From Octopus bimaculoides (Eukaryota), in the NCBI RefSeq assembly GCF_001194135.2, contig NC_068997.1:54111975-54175974 (forward strand): a stretch of 64,000 nt of DNA, in the 5' to 3' direction. The position numbers and the translations under genes were made by a program. A model generated the notes under the pieces. The model was not told the DNA's origin and did not search any database. It saw only the letters and a program-made list of their open reading frames with translations. This document shows, in pieces, positions 23,895 to 35,787 of this stretch. How positions within the stretch are numbered: the stretch's first letter is position 1; every line of letters begins with the position of its first letter.

Positions 23895-24386
23895 CTCTAG
23901 ATGAATAGCGTCGTTTTTTATTTTCAGTAGAAAAGTAAATTTTAGCATGAATTGAATTAGTTCTGAGAAATAAGGCAGCCATTTAAAGGAATAACCGATC
24001 AATCCTTGTAGTCTTTGCATTTGAAGATGACGTGGAATCAATGAAGGGTTACAGGCTCTTGGAGTCAGACTGCAGTGTGTTGTCTTTTAAATTTCCTACC
24101 AAAGATAGGAACTTGTTGGTTATTTGATGTTGACGTTTGTCGTTGGTAAATGTAATGTTTAATCTCTTTGAAACTGAGAATAAATTTAACCGTATTGCCA
24201 TCATGTTCCCCGATGGTTTTGTCAACGATAGTAATAACATCGATAAGGCGTGAACTTGTGTCATAACATTATAAGCAATTACACTATTAATCAGTCTTTC
24301 AAAGTCAGTCCGGGTATTAATAAGCACCAAAGGGTAACTTGGTAAACTCGAATAAGTCTCAGCTTCAAATACAGTGAATCACTTAC

Positions 24387-24541
24387 CGCCATTTTTGATG
24401 TGCGATCTGTTGGTTTGCTGCATCAGATTTAGTTTACTGTAGAATTTATTGTCGGATATAAAACATCGTAGATGTTCAATACTATGAAGTGGATAGGCAT
24501 CTAGAAAACCGTATCGATTAATCGTTTGTGTGTAATCGATA
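24387..24541 (-). promoter_or_regulatory. Candidate housekeeping promoter and first coding exon (ATG GCG | GTAAGT)
   Basis: Minus strand reads CATCAAAAATGGCG|GTAAGTGA, with the ATG at 24392 in a YY1-consensus context and a perfect donor. Inverted pair TATCGATTA (24512-24520) / TAATCGATA (24533-24541) resembles DRE elements. No downstream exon identified. Confidence 0.45.
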
Positions 24542-24991
24542 ACAAAGCAGTGTTTGCCATTGTTTCATGTACTCACTATGGAGATATGAACTCAATAATA
24601 TCACCATCAAGAAGTCATTTATAGTCTTCCTTCAGAGATATTTCATATTTCATGAAATACAGAAGAGCGACAAGATTTATTAGCAATTCGTTTCAATTGT
24701 ACTGGTGGAGGGAAAATACGAAGTAAGATCAACGACATAAGAACTGGTGGAGCAAATATAAGTTCTTTCAGTGAAGCTCTGAGTTTTATCATCACAGTTT
24801 CAAGTCCTTTAAGAAACGTCATGTCCCAAAATTAACAAGCAGGACAATTTTGGCAAATCATTTAAATGTTGCTTTTCGTAAAATGGACCGACAAAAAAAA
24901 TATTGGAAAAAAACAAAAAGAAAAAGATGTTGAAGAAACAGCCAGTGTAGATTAGTATATCAGGACAAATCGAAAACATTGCTGACATGAT

Positions 24992-25061
<70 letters not shown>

Positions 25062-25099
25062 TGCCTGCCAATAATTTCATCCATCAAACTGGTGACATG

Positions 25100-25245
25100 G
25101 AATAAGGTAACAAAAGACACCGATAGAGTTAGTACTAGGCTTACAAAAAACAAGTCCTGAGGTGGCCTTTTTGGACTAAAGACGGTGCCCCAGCATGACC
25201 GCGGTCAAATAACTGCAACAAATAAAAGAATAAATGAATAAAAGA
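25100..25245 (+). mobile_element. SINE family B, right-arm and tail fragment
   Basis: ACCGATAGAGTTAGTACTAGGCTTACAAAA..AAGTCCTG...AAAGACGGTGCCCCAGCATGACCGCGGTCAAATAACTG. Confidence 0.8.
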
Positions 25246-25654
25246 ATATGCATGTATATATGTATGTATGTATGCATGCATGCATGCATGCGTGTGTCTG
25301 TGTGCATACATATGTAAACTTTAGTTCATCACAGTTTGATAACACAGTAGGTGTCAAACAAGGTGCATGCAATATGGCGGAAGACTAAAAGTTAAATGAA
25401 ATCAGTAAACGATTTTTTTTTCAAATGAATTGACAAGAAAATTTAGGAATATAGTTTACTAGTTTCCTGAAATCTAATGAAATGTTAACATTACCGTACT
25501 GTCGATATTTTTTTATTGTTGTATCTCACCGAATAAGCGAGTCTCAGGTTATTTTATGACTGAACTTGTGAAAATAATGGTTTTTGTACTCGGATTATTC
25601 TCACAGTTCAACGTAAATCAGAAGAATTTAAATTAATTTTAAAATTGCAAAACT

Positions 25655-25950
25655 TCACAATGTGTGAAATAAGAGCCTAAGCATTTTTTGGGGGAATAAA
25701 GTAGGGAGTTTCCTCACAGTCGATTTTGTGGTTTGTTGAACTCTCCTTGGAGATTTTTTGTGCTTTGAGTTATTAAATTGTTGTCAACGGGGAAAAAGTT
25801 TGAAGAATCAAGTCAAACCATTTTATTTTGCCCAAACGCTCGTCTTCGAGCGATAAGTGTAAGCGTATCCACTTCCAATTGCAAATCGTGGGTTTCCGCC
25901 TTTCACCAAATTATACAATAAAACACCTTCATCGGAAGTAACAATAATGA
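25655..25950 (-). mobile_element. Decayed mariner transposase catalytic-domain fragment
   Basis: A single frame with stops: IVTSDEGVLLYN (cf. IVTGDEKWILYDN) ... SVWAK*NGLT*FFKLFP (cf. VWW...GLI.Y.LL.P) ... PKNA*ALISH (cf. HDNARPH), at roughly the expected spacing. Confidence 0.5.
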
Positions 25951-26149
25951 CTTTATACTAATGACAAGATAAACTGGAAGTGAAATCTGGTCAGGTAAAT
26001 GCAATATAGGAAAGGACTTTTCTTATGTCTGTTCTAAAGCAACAATCCTGTCGTTGCATTTCATTGCTAACTTCCTCCTCCTGTGTTGGCGAGGAAACGG
26101 CAGCTGTTGGAAATCACTTACATTGAAGATAAGTCAATACTTAAGAGAA

Positions 26150-27075
26150 TGGTAATATACTTAATGTAATTGGTAAAAGATAATTAAAGAATTAATTACA
26201 ATTAAGGCTGTAATGAGATGAGGAAAATATAGATTCAATAACTAATTTTAATCGAATGTGATCAGGACAAGGTGTCGACAAAATGATAGATCAGTTATTG
26301 ACAGACGCTTCTTGTCAATGAAAGTTAACTAATTAACTCGATCGACTATACCAGATGAATGCTTTATAGAAAGATATAGTCACATGACTGTGAATATATA
26401 GACATGTGGATATTGGGGTCATGACTCTCATAGAATTAATGGTGTCATTAGAGCGTGATATTGATTGGAGTTAACGAAACTGCACTGGATGGTGAGATCC
26501 TTCTACCGAGCGCCTCCAATGAATCGTCAGTTGTTCTGTCTTTACTATATAGATAGTAGTTGTGGTAATTAAGGAAGGAGAGAGATTCCGGGTATGGCAG
26601 ATGAGTGTTCGTAATGGTTATGTCCTGCACTTTTGAAATAAGGGAATTGAGAGTGATAGGGTAGTAGTTGGCAGAGAGCGAGGAGTTGCACTTGGTAAGA
26701 ACGCAACAAGATGTAAGGATTTTCTAAACATCAACATACCTTCCTGAAAAGGGAAATCCAACCCAGCGAGAATGCAGGGCATATTTTTAAAGCTTAATAG
26801 AAGACATAGGGTCTAGGTTGATGGCCTTATTGGTTTGAAGCTGGATGCCAGAACGATGAAGGGGGAAGGTATGATTATTTAGAAGAGGTTTACCTTGTGT
26901 GCAAGACGTTCTCCTGCGGTAGAATCAGCATAAATGAGAAGTTTAGGAGAAGAAGATTGTGCAGAGTTCATAGAGATCTTTATGACAAGGGACCTAACGT
27001 ATTGACTGTAGATAGGAAGGCAATACAGTTTAAGTTTTGAGTGTAGCAGGAAGGAATCATTTCTTTTCAAATGGT
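26150..27075 (-). mobile_element. Decayed CR1/L2-group LINE, reverse-transcriptase N-terminal region
   Basis: SSLSANYYPITLNSLISKVQDITI..HL.Y.ES.S.LN.H.Y....KDRTTDD (26672 downward) matches NYRPI.L.S.ISKVME.II...L..YLE...LL.D.QYGFR..RST.D. Confidence 0.7.
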
Positions 27076-27504
27076 GTATATGTTTTTTATTGCGTATTGT
27101 ATATTCTGTACATCGGAATTATGCGTTAGAAGCTGATAGCGAAATACTGAACCGACTATATAAAGATTTTCTCTTGGAATATCAAGTAAAATATAATTCA
27201 TTGGCAGAAAGCAGCCGTTTCCATAAACCAGTTCAGTTCATTATAAACAAATAATCGGCCTTTTTATTCTCCTGATTCTTGTTCAGTAAAAGAATCATTT
27301 TTTCACTGCTGAATTCCTGTTCTTCATCAAGTGATATATTTATCATATTTATATACTGTTGCTCGCCTTCACATGAAGGCATCAACCTTATTCCTCCCAC
27401 ATGTGGATAAAGGAACATTGTTTTATCGTGTTTGAGGAAGGTTACACTTAATTCAGTTACAATTGTTTCATTGTTGTAGTAACCTATTACATGGTGGTTA
27501 ACTA

Positions 27505-27645
27505 GTAGTGATGGGAGCAGAATGCCTCATGATGCTAGCTCTGTCTCTCTGCCCGTTGGGTTCAAATTCTGGTGATGGCAGCTTAGCCTTGATGGTTTTC
27601 GGGGGTCGTTACGTAATTTGTCACATACTGGGGCTGATACTTCGT
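27505..27645 (+). mobile_element. SINE family A, diverged copy
   Basis: CTGCCCGTTGGGTTCAAATTCTGGTG..GCTTAGCCTT..TTTTCGGGGGTCG...ATACTGGGGCTGAT. Confidence 0.55.
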
Positions 27646-27949
27646 CCCGTCTCCTGCTTTGTGTTTATTTTAGCTAGGTATTTCTCTGGAAGAAACGGGT
27701 TGTGCGTAGGATTACAATACCCTCGGCACGTCTGAAACGAACCCTTACCACTTTACCAGAAGATGAGGGCTCAAAAATGGAAGCCAAAACTGGTAAAAAA
27801 AATTAAGGTTTCTTATGATTGAAATACTTTATAGATGGTGGATGGAGGATTTATGTTGTGACTATAAAGAGAAGGCCATTGCTTTGCGATATGTTACTTT
27901 TTAATAATTTTCTTCCTCCCTGACACATTTCTGGTAAGATTCTCTTCAA

Positions 27950-28050
27950 ATTTTAGCGCAAAACCAGCAATTTCGGGAGTGGTGGAAAGTCGATTACACA
28001 ACCCCAATATTCAACTGGTACTTATTTTATTGACGCCGAAAGGGTCAATC
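27950..28050 (-). mobile_element. SINE family A, 3' half
   Basis: AGTCGATTACACAACCCCAATATTCAACTGGTACTTATTTTATTGACGCCGAAAGG is the reverse complement of the family A 3' domain. Confidence 0.7.
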
Positions 28051-28149
28051 CACTCGCATCTTAATCTCACAAGCAGGCAGTTCCGTTGATTGGATCAAAT
28101 AGAACCCTCATCGTAGTGACCGATGGAGTACCGGTTAAAGGTGTTGGGT

Positions 28150-28420
28150 GATTATTGGGTAGAGGAAGTGATCCACCGGTTGTGTTAGGTATTATAATAT
28201 CGGGCGGTTACTCTCTAGAGTATGTGCTTTGTGTGAGTTATCTTATATGCCGTACTAACAGGCGGTCAATGTGCTCACTATGTGGCGCTGCATGCGCTGT
28301 GTCGCATGTTTTAGTGTCCTGTAGATTATCAACAGTGCTGTGGGTTATTTTATGATATTGTTTGTTCTGCGTGGGGAAAGTGGTTGGGTCATAGTGGTGG
28401 TGCTGTGTGTTGCATTCGTC
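28150..28420 (+). mobile_element. Decayed L1/Tx1-like LINE fragment (C-terminal CCHC knuckle)
   Basis: CSLCGAACAVSHVLVSCRLSTVLW (28272-28343) is C-X2-C-X7-H-X4-C followed by W, the zinc-binding motif downstream of the RT in L1/Tx1 elements. Confidence 0.45.
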
Positions 28421-29864
28421 AGCAAATCATTTCATTTCTCTTTTTTTCCGGTCCCCTTAAATTTCCTCCAATTCAATTAATTTTGAATGAGTAACCCAGC
28501 AACATATTGTCATCCTGTTCAAGGAGGATGTTGTGCTCTCGACCACTTAGTCATAGATCAAAGGAACCGAGTAAGCGGACCTTGGACACGAGACAATAAC
28601 TCCTGTATTCTCCATGGCTAACACTTATGATATGAATCAAAAGTGTTGTTGATATAGAAACACTTGATACAATATGAGTGGGAGATAGTGTGAGTGCGCA
28701 CGTGTGTGAAAGTGAGTGAGAGGGAGACAGATAGAGAGAGACAGAGAGTTTGTTAAATTGAGGAGAAATCACTTATATATGTTTGTGTATTTGTTTGCGT
28801 ATGTGAACGAGGAATTTCCTCCTCCAAATTGTCTTCATCACATTCATGTTTATATTTTGTCTCTCATCTCTCAGTGCTCATTAAACAATGAGAATAAGTA
28901 CCAGTTATATACTGCGATCGTTTCAGTCCTCTTCGCAACCGACTGACCGATAAACGCATAGCATTAGCCAAAGTAATATATATTAATATTCTTGTCAGAT
29001 TATGAAGAATTCGCTGCCAGTGAAAATTGTCAACTGCCTCAACCGACCACCGACAACGATAAATAAATAGATATTTAAATGATATTTCAGCAATATTTCT
29101 GCCGATCAAGCATTGTTGTGATCTACACTTTAAGAAATGCAACATCTTCTGCTTACACAAATATTTTCTTTCCATATAGATTTCCTGCTAAAATAACGAA
29201 AGTTTCTTTAGATTTATCAATATCTATTCTTCCTCTCCAATTGAGATATTTTCTTTACAATTACGAAGACTATTAGAATCTGTTTTCTTCATTTGAAATG
29301 TGGCAGACGATTCCCAAACACTTCAGTGTCTGCCTATTGACGTACAGTTTTGTGGCTGTGATGAGGTGCATGGAAAAGACTAGGAAGAAGATGATGTACG
29401 ACAGACAAAAGGAGAGATGAAGAGACAACAAACGATAAGATATAATGGGAGACAGAGATAAAGTGATATTTAAGTAAAGAACATAAAACAAAAGTGTCAA
29501 GCTAAGTATTGAAATGGAATGTCTTGTATAGCATATTCCTACAGACCGAATAAGTTAATCGAGTCTCAGAATCAGAACAATAAATCAAATCTGTGAATAC
29601 TATGGCGACTGGCATCTGTAGAATTGGGAAAGAGGCGGTCAAAACGCTGTTTTATTTATAGTAATTTCTTTTTACGTTCGAATCTAATTGGGATGCACTT
29701 TCCCTTCAATTCCTCGAGGGATTTATAAAAGTACAATTATTAACATGAGGTGCTTGGATTCTTTATGTTCTGCGTTCAAATAGTGCTGAGATCAACCTAG
29801 CCTTTCATCCCTCGGAATCGATAAAATAAAATACCAATCAACTGGTTGAATATATCGACTAAGC

Positions 29865-30010
29865 CAGTGCTTCTCAAGATGGGGGTCAGTATGACACTTG
29901 GGGAGCCATAGGACCTTTCCAGATTCATATAAGACTATTTCGTCACAATTTATGAGCAATAGATTTCTTATATTTTTACAATACACAAAATGTTTTAATT
30001 TTTTTAAAAA
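29865..30010. mobile_element. hAT/Charlie-type MITE, left end only
   Basis: CAGTGCTTCTCAAGATGGGGGTC terminal motif. No matching right end; a SINE B follows immediately. Confidence 0.5.
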
Positions 30011-30019
30011 ATATTTCCT

Positions 30020-30385
30020 AGCAGGCGTGGCTGTGTTGTAAGAAGCTTGCTTCCCAACAACATGGGTTCTAGGCTTAATTCCACTGCGTGGAACCTTGGG
30101 CAAGTGTCTTCGACTATAGTCTCGGGCTGACCAAAGCCTTGTGAGTGGATTTGGTAGACGGAAAATGAAAGAAGCCCATCGTACATATATATATATATAT
30201 ATATATATGTTTTTGTGTGTCTTTGTGTCTGTGCTTGTTCCCCCACCATTTCTTGATAACCGATGTTGGTGTGTTTACGTCCCCGTAACTTAGTGGTTCG
30301 GCAGAAAAGACCGGTAGAATATGTACTAGGCTTAAAAAGAATAAGTCCTAGGGTCGATTTCTTCAACTGAAACCCTTAAAGGCGA
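30020..30385 (+). mobile_element. SINE family B, near full length
   Basis: GCAGGCGTGGCTGTGTTGTAAGAAGCTTGCTTCCCAAC...CCTTGGGCAAGTGTCTT...GGTAGACGGAAAATGAAAGAAGCCCATCG, then (TA)n, then the right arm. Collinear with the 5815 copy. Confidence 0.9.
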
Positions 30386-30539
30386 AACATATATTCTTAA
30401 ACATGGAATGGTTTTGAGGTTCCAGGAGACTTAAATAAGTATCAATGAGGTCCATAAGCAGATTAGGGTTCAGAAGCCCTGAGCTAAATCTTTCATGATT
30501 GCTGGCCTTGTGCCTCAGTCAGAAATCATTGCAAACTAT

Positions 30540-31115
30540 CGTTTAGTTTCTGGTGAACGACGGGATGGTAGGGTCAAGAAAAACGTTCCAGTTCTTTACG
30601 TTCAGAGTTCAAATCCTACCAAAGACATCATTGCTTTCATCAATGGAATAAAATACCATTGGTTTACTAAAACTTTATTGGCCCTGTGTCTAAAATTAGA
30701 AGCAATTATTTAAATGCAAGAAGGTCACGGATTGGCAGAATCGGTAGAGCGATGGCAAAAATGCTTTGCATCATTTGTTCTCCCTCTTTATGTTTTGAGA
30801 TCAAGGCCTGCCCATGTGATGTTTGTCCTCCATCTCTCTGGAACCGATGAAATAAAGTGCCTCTTAACTGCTGAGGCAATGTAATTGATGCTTCCCCTCG
30901 TTTTCTCAGAAACTGCTGGTATTTTTGCCTCACACTAGAAGCAAATACATAGCTGCAGAAATATGGAGGCCGTCTGGCGGAATCCATAGCACTCCGGACT
31001 GAATGCTTCACAAAAATCTTCTGTGTTCAAATTCTGCAGAGGCCATTAATTTCTTTTGGGGTCAATGAAATAAGCACCATTTGTGTGATGGAGTCGATGT
31101 AATTGACTAGCCCTA
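30540..31115 (+). mobile_element. Cluster of three diverged SINE family A fragments (~30540-30670, ~30715-30830, ~30965-31115)
   Basis: CTTTACGTTCAGAGTTCAAATCC; GATTGGCAGAATCGGTAGAGC..AAAATGCTTTGC; TGGCGGAATCCATAGCACTCCGGACTGAATGCTT..GTGTTCAAATTC. Confidence 0.6.
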
Positions 31116-31445
31116 TTCTTAAAAAATGAAGACCTTTTGTTTACTATAGAAAGGATTTCACTGCAAATATGACTGACATTCCAGTATGACCAGCCCGTCA
31201 TTTTGTCCAATTACCCAATGTACATTTCTTTTATTTTAAGACTATGCAATGCGATTTGAGTGAGTTTGTATGCTGCTCCTAGAGGGCCCGATAACAATGA
31301 AGAAGCCCTCACCCTGTGTATGGCCAGGTAAACCGGAGATAGAAATGATTTTGAGGAGGGAGAAAGTATTTTAAGATTTTAATTCACAACATTTTGCGCA
31401 AAATATTGTCAGTAATGGATTATACACATGAACGATGAACATACA

Positions 31446-31479
31446 GCTACTACTACTACCACTACTACTACCACTACTA

Positions 31480-31542
<63 letters not shown>

Positions 31543-31930
31543 TCCTTTGGAATATTTTCAGCGTTAAGATAAAAATGATAAATATCATCATTGGTCCGAC
31601 TTGTGCCTGCGTCAGAAATCATTTGCATTGTTGTTTGTGATTTGCTTTATTTTTTGCTTTTTTTGGCTTCTAATTTTTTTAATTGTTGCTTGGGTGTTTG
31701 TTAAAAAGAATAAGGAAGGGGGAGGGAGAGAAATGAGGAGGAGGAGGAGGAGGAGGAGGAGAAGAAGAATAAGAAGAATAAGAAGAAGAAAAAGAAGAAG
31801 ATGAAGACACAAAGAAGACGATGACGAAGAAAAAGAAGAACAAGAACAAGAAGAACAAAAAGATGATAAAGACGACACCGACGACGACAATAATGATGAT
31901 GATAATGATGATGATGGTGAAGATGATGAA
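31446..31930. repeat. (ACT)n array (31446-31541) and compound purine-rich GAG/AAG/GAC/GAT array (31730-31930)
   Basis: Read directly from the sequence. Confidence 0.9.
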
Positions 31931-32559
31931 GGAAGCTCTCCTTCATTTAGTGCGCCATTAATTCACAGACAGCAGACAAAATTAAGCAAAAGAGATAAAT
32001 CTTCCGTTGACAGGACCGTTGAATCACAGGTCCATTGTTCTTCACTGTCTTATTTGTTTAGTAGTAGTAGTAGTAGTAGTAGTAGCGATGGCTGGAAAAT
32101 CTTGTTCGACGATATGGAAGGTGGTTTCTGCGTTTATGAGATTGTGGTACCGTAGCGGAAGTTGCCTGGTCGTGTCTGGGCGACATCTTGTGTAGAGGCG
32201 GGAGGTATAAAAAGAAAGTGAGAGAGGGGGGAGCGAGTGAGGAAGAGAAGAGGACATAGGGGGTGGGGGTGGAGAGAGATTGTTCGCAGAGGTGTGTCGA
32301 AGAATGAGAAACTGAATCTGTTGAACCTCGAGACGAACGTGTGTTATACGTTTGTCAGTGTGTATATTATTCCTGTTCCCGTACATATATACATGCGTGT
32401 GTGTTTGTGTGTGTATGTAAGTATAAGTATTATATATACATATATTTTTCATCTATATTTTTCTATATATAAAAAAAAACATATATATATATACATATAT
32501 ATATGTGCGTGTGTGTGTGTGTGTGTGTGTGCGTATGTATGTGCGTATATATATATTCT

Positions 32560-32840
32560 GGTTGACCCCGCCACACACATACACACACTTGATATTTAAA
32601 AAGTAATTTTAGAGATACTTCTTTCAAAATTCTTATGTTGTTCTCCACACATTAAAATGGTTGAGGCAAAAAAAACCTGTTTCTTGCAATGCATACCAAT
32701 AATTACATCTAAAGAAAAATGTTTGCAAAAGCCCTTAAAATAGAATTTTGGATCCCTAATTTACTCTTTTGCTGTGTAGACCTCCAAAAATTTTATACGT
32801 ACCCTCCGTGGCCATATTGACCCCTGCTTGATAACCACTG
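32560..32840. mobile_element. hAT/Charlie-type MITE, right end
   Basis: Ends ...GACCCCTGCTTGATAACCACTG followed by CTTTACAA. Left boundary uncertain. Confidence 0.55.
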
Positions 32841-33675
32841 CTTTACAATGACCTAACTTGTTGAGGAACAGATTATTAAGGTTGTTATACTTATTTGGAC
32901 ATGAACACAGGTGGGGGTGGCTGCTGCCGTGTGTGTCACTGGCCATTCTTCGTGGAAACGCCTTTGCAATCATATCTGCACACGACATTTGTACTGGGGT
33001 GTACAACCCGTTACTTACCATCCCAATCTTCTTCTGCTGCTGAATTCCACCCCATCTTTTCTAGCTTTCTTTGTTTTCTTGGTGAGGTTGTTAAGGTCAT
33101 TGTTTTCTCGATAATTTGATCGTTTCTATGTCTAATGATTTTCTTTTGTTTCTTTTCTTCTTGTGTACATTAAACCTAAATTTACCGAAAAACATTTTTC
33201 TAAAGAACGGATTACGTGTTACTACTGGAAGTTTTTTAATTTTATTTATATTCCCTATGAAAGCGGAAGATATTCTTGTCGGGGGGTTGTACAAATATAT
33301 AGATGGCCCTATAATACGTATTTTATCTTGTGATATTCCTCTTGAGGAACACGCAAATCAGCGAGAAGCAAAACAATAACGTATTTATTCATTCGTGATA
33401 CGTTCTGGCAGATTCGAATTCAATATATTGATCGCTGTTGTGCGATCATAATGATTCATTGACAGATGGCAACGTTTCAAAGTACCTTTATGTCAATGAA
33501 TCGCGTGTGTTATAAACACATATCGCCTACAAGGAGAAGTTGTTCTCCAAATAGTGTTAAGCATGTTTACGTTCGAATCTATCAGAACGAACAAAGAATG
33601 ACGACAGACATTTTGTTTGGACATTGGCTGTTATGCTGTTTTATGTGTACCTCATAAATTGGTATCAATTTGGCT

Positions 33676-33718
33676 GAAGAAGTAGAAGAAGAAGAAGAAG
33701 AAGAAGAAGAAGAAGAAG

Positions 33719-33750
<32 letters not shown>

Positions 33751-33819
33751 GAAGAAGAAGAAGAAGAAGAAGAAGAAGAAGAAGAAGAAGAAGAAGAAGA
33801 AGAAGAAGAAGAAGAAGAA
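33676..33819. repeat. (GAA)n tract, ~48 units
   Basis: Read directly; two GTA interruptions. Confidence 0.95.
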
Positions 33820-34398
33820 TTAATGATAATGTTTTTGTGAGTTTGTAATTCCTTAGAGGAATAAAATGTATATAAGTCGATGAGAGCGATGTATATAAAT
33901 GTATATGAGTCGATGATAGAGCTGTGCTTACGTCAATATTTGAGCTGCATATATGTCGAAAAAATTTGCTTTCAGGTGTTTTATATTCTTTTTATTCAAA
34001 AAACGTCCGAGCATGGTTGCAATTCAGTTTACAATATTTATGTTAGTGTTGAACCTGGGATGACCAAATAACTGTCACTAGAAGATTGAAAGATAAAGTG
34101 TTAATAGAATTTGGAATGGAGGAATGGCGCTAATTGGATGTAAAAATTGCAAACAATATGAATATAAAGATATCATGTGATAAGCTGGTGTCTGCATTGC
34201 TGACAAGACGAGATAAGAAGAATTACGAAATTAACGTTAAGACTTACAAATAAATAGATCTGAAAATATCTAAAAGTTGAGGTGAAGCTACAAAAAATCT
34301 AAAATATGGGGCATCATATAATTTTGATGGTGTGGGTGTGTGTCTGTGAGTAAATTTATAAATGCATACAAGTATAAGCTTGTACATGTATGTAAATG

Positions 34399-34439
<41 letters not shown>

Positions 34440-35036
34440 GCATACGCAAATGATTATATATCTATACACACGCACACACACACATACTTGCACAAGCCTA
34501 AGTATACATATAGACCGTATATAACAATTTTATGTCTTTATATATAAGATTTACATAAACATATATTCCTATACATCCCAAAAATAAGTATATCATATAT
34601 ATGTATGCATAATATATGCATTTAAATATATGAATATATACTTATATAAGTATCTAAATTCATATTATATCTATAAGTAACTACATATGTATTTATATAT
34701 ATGAATGTAGGTAGGCGTATGTACATGTGTGTGTATGTGTACATGTATATGTACCTATATGTGTGTGTGTGTGCTTGTGTGTGCAAATTTCCAAATGTCA
34801 CAGAAAGAGATATTGCATAACAAATCCTAATATTCTTACGTATATTACGTTAAGAGCTAACTTTTAACAAATGACAAGGCATGTGACACGGCTGAACATT
34901 TGTGCACAACCTAATCACATTTACATCTCTAAATAAACACAGACATAGTCAAACAGCGAGCAAGAAACCGAGAACAACTAAATGACAAAGTATCAATATA
35001 TATATATATATATATATGTATGTATATATGTAAATA

Positions 35037-35069
<33 letters not shown>

Positions 35070-35787
35070 TTGGATAGTATAACAAGCAATGAGTTTTCTT
35101 GTTGGTTAAGAATACTTAGCTATATTGACAGACGTGGTAACAGAAATGGCTAGACATTGATACTTATAGAGAGAGAAGTAGAAGTTAAAATGATAGAGAG
35201 ATAACTGGATCGATAAGAACAGAAGTAAATTGGAATTAAATTAACTAACTTGTATCTTATGTTTGAGCCTTGTAGCAAGAGAATTTGTCATTGTGGAATT
35301 ATATTCTGAGAGCTATGATAGTTAACATTCTGTCCTCGGGCTCACTTTTGGGGCTTCTCATCAAATAGGTATTTCATAAAAGCATGCTAGTACAATGCTA
35401 GAATAAGATGCGTATATGCATGTGTTTGTTACTGTCTACTATGAGTTCGGCCCTTAGCTAGATTATTCACAATCATGAACAACCTAGCCAAGAGTGAAAT
35501 GAAATAGACCCTCCAGTTTTGTTATAATAAAAATGTCTGTCCACTTTACATACTGTATTGAGTTTTATATTGGCAAGATATATTATAATATATCGATATC
35601 TATCCTCAAAGAGAAGGGTCGCGGATGAATGCAGCTTCTGTTTTTCCAGAAGCGGAGAAGAGTTAGTGACCAACAATAAAATCCTACTCAAAACTTTAAA
35701 AAATAATTTTAAAAAATAGAGCAAAGTCATATGTTACTGGAATCATCGAAAGACCACTCGTTGTACACTGGAGGGATATATGTTAAT

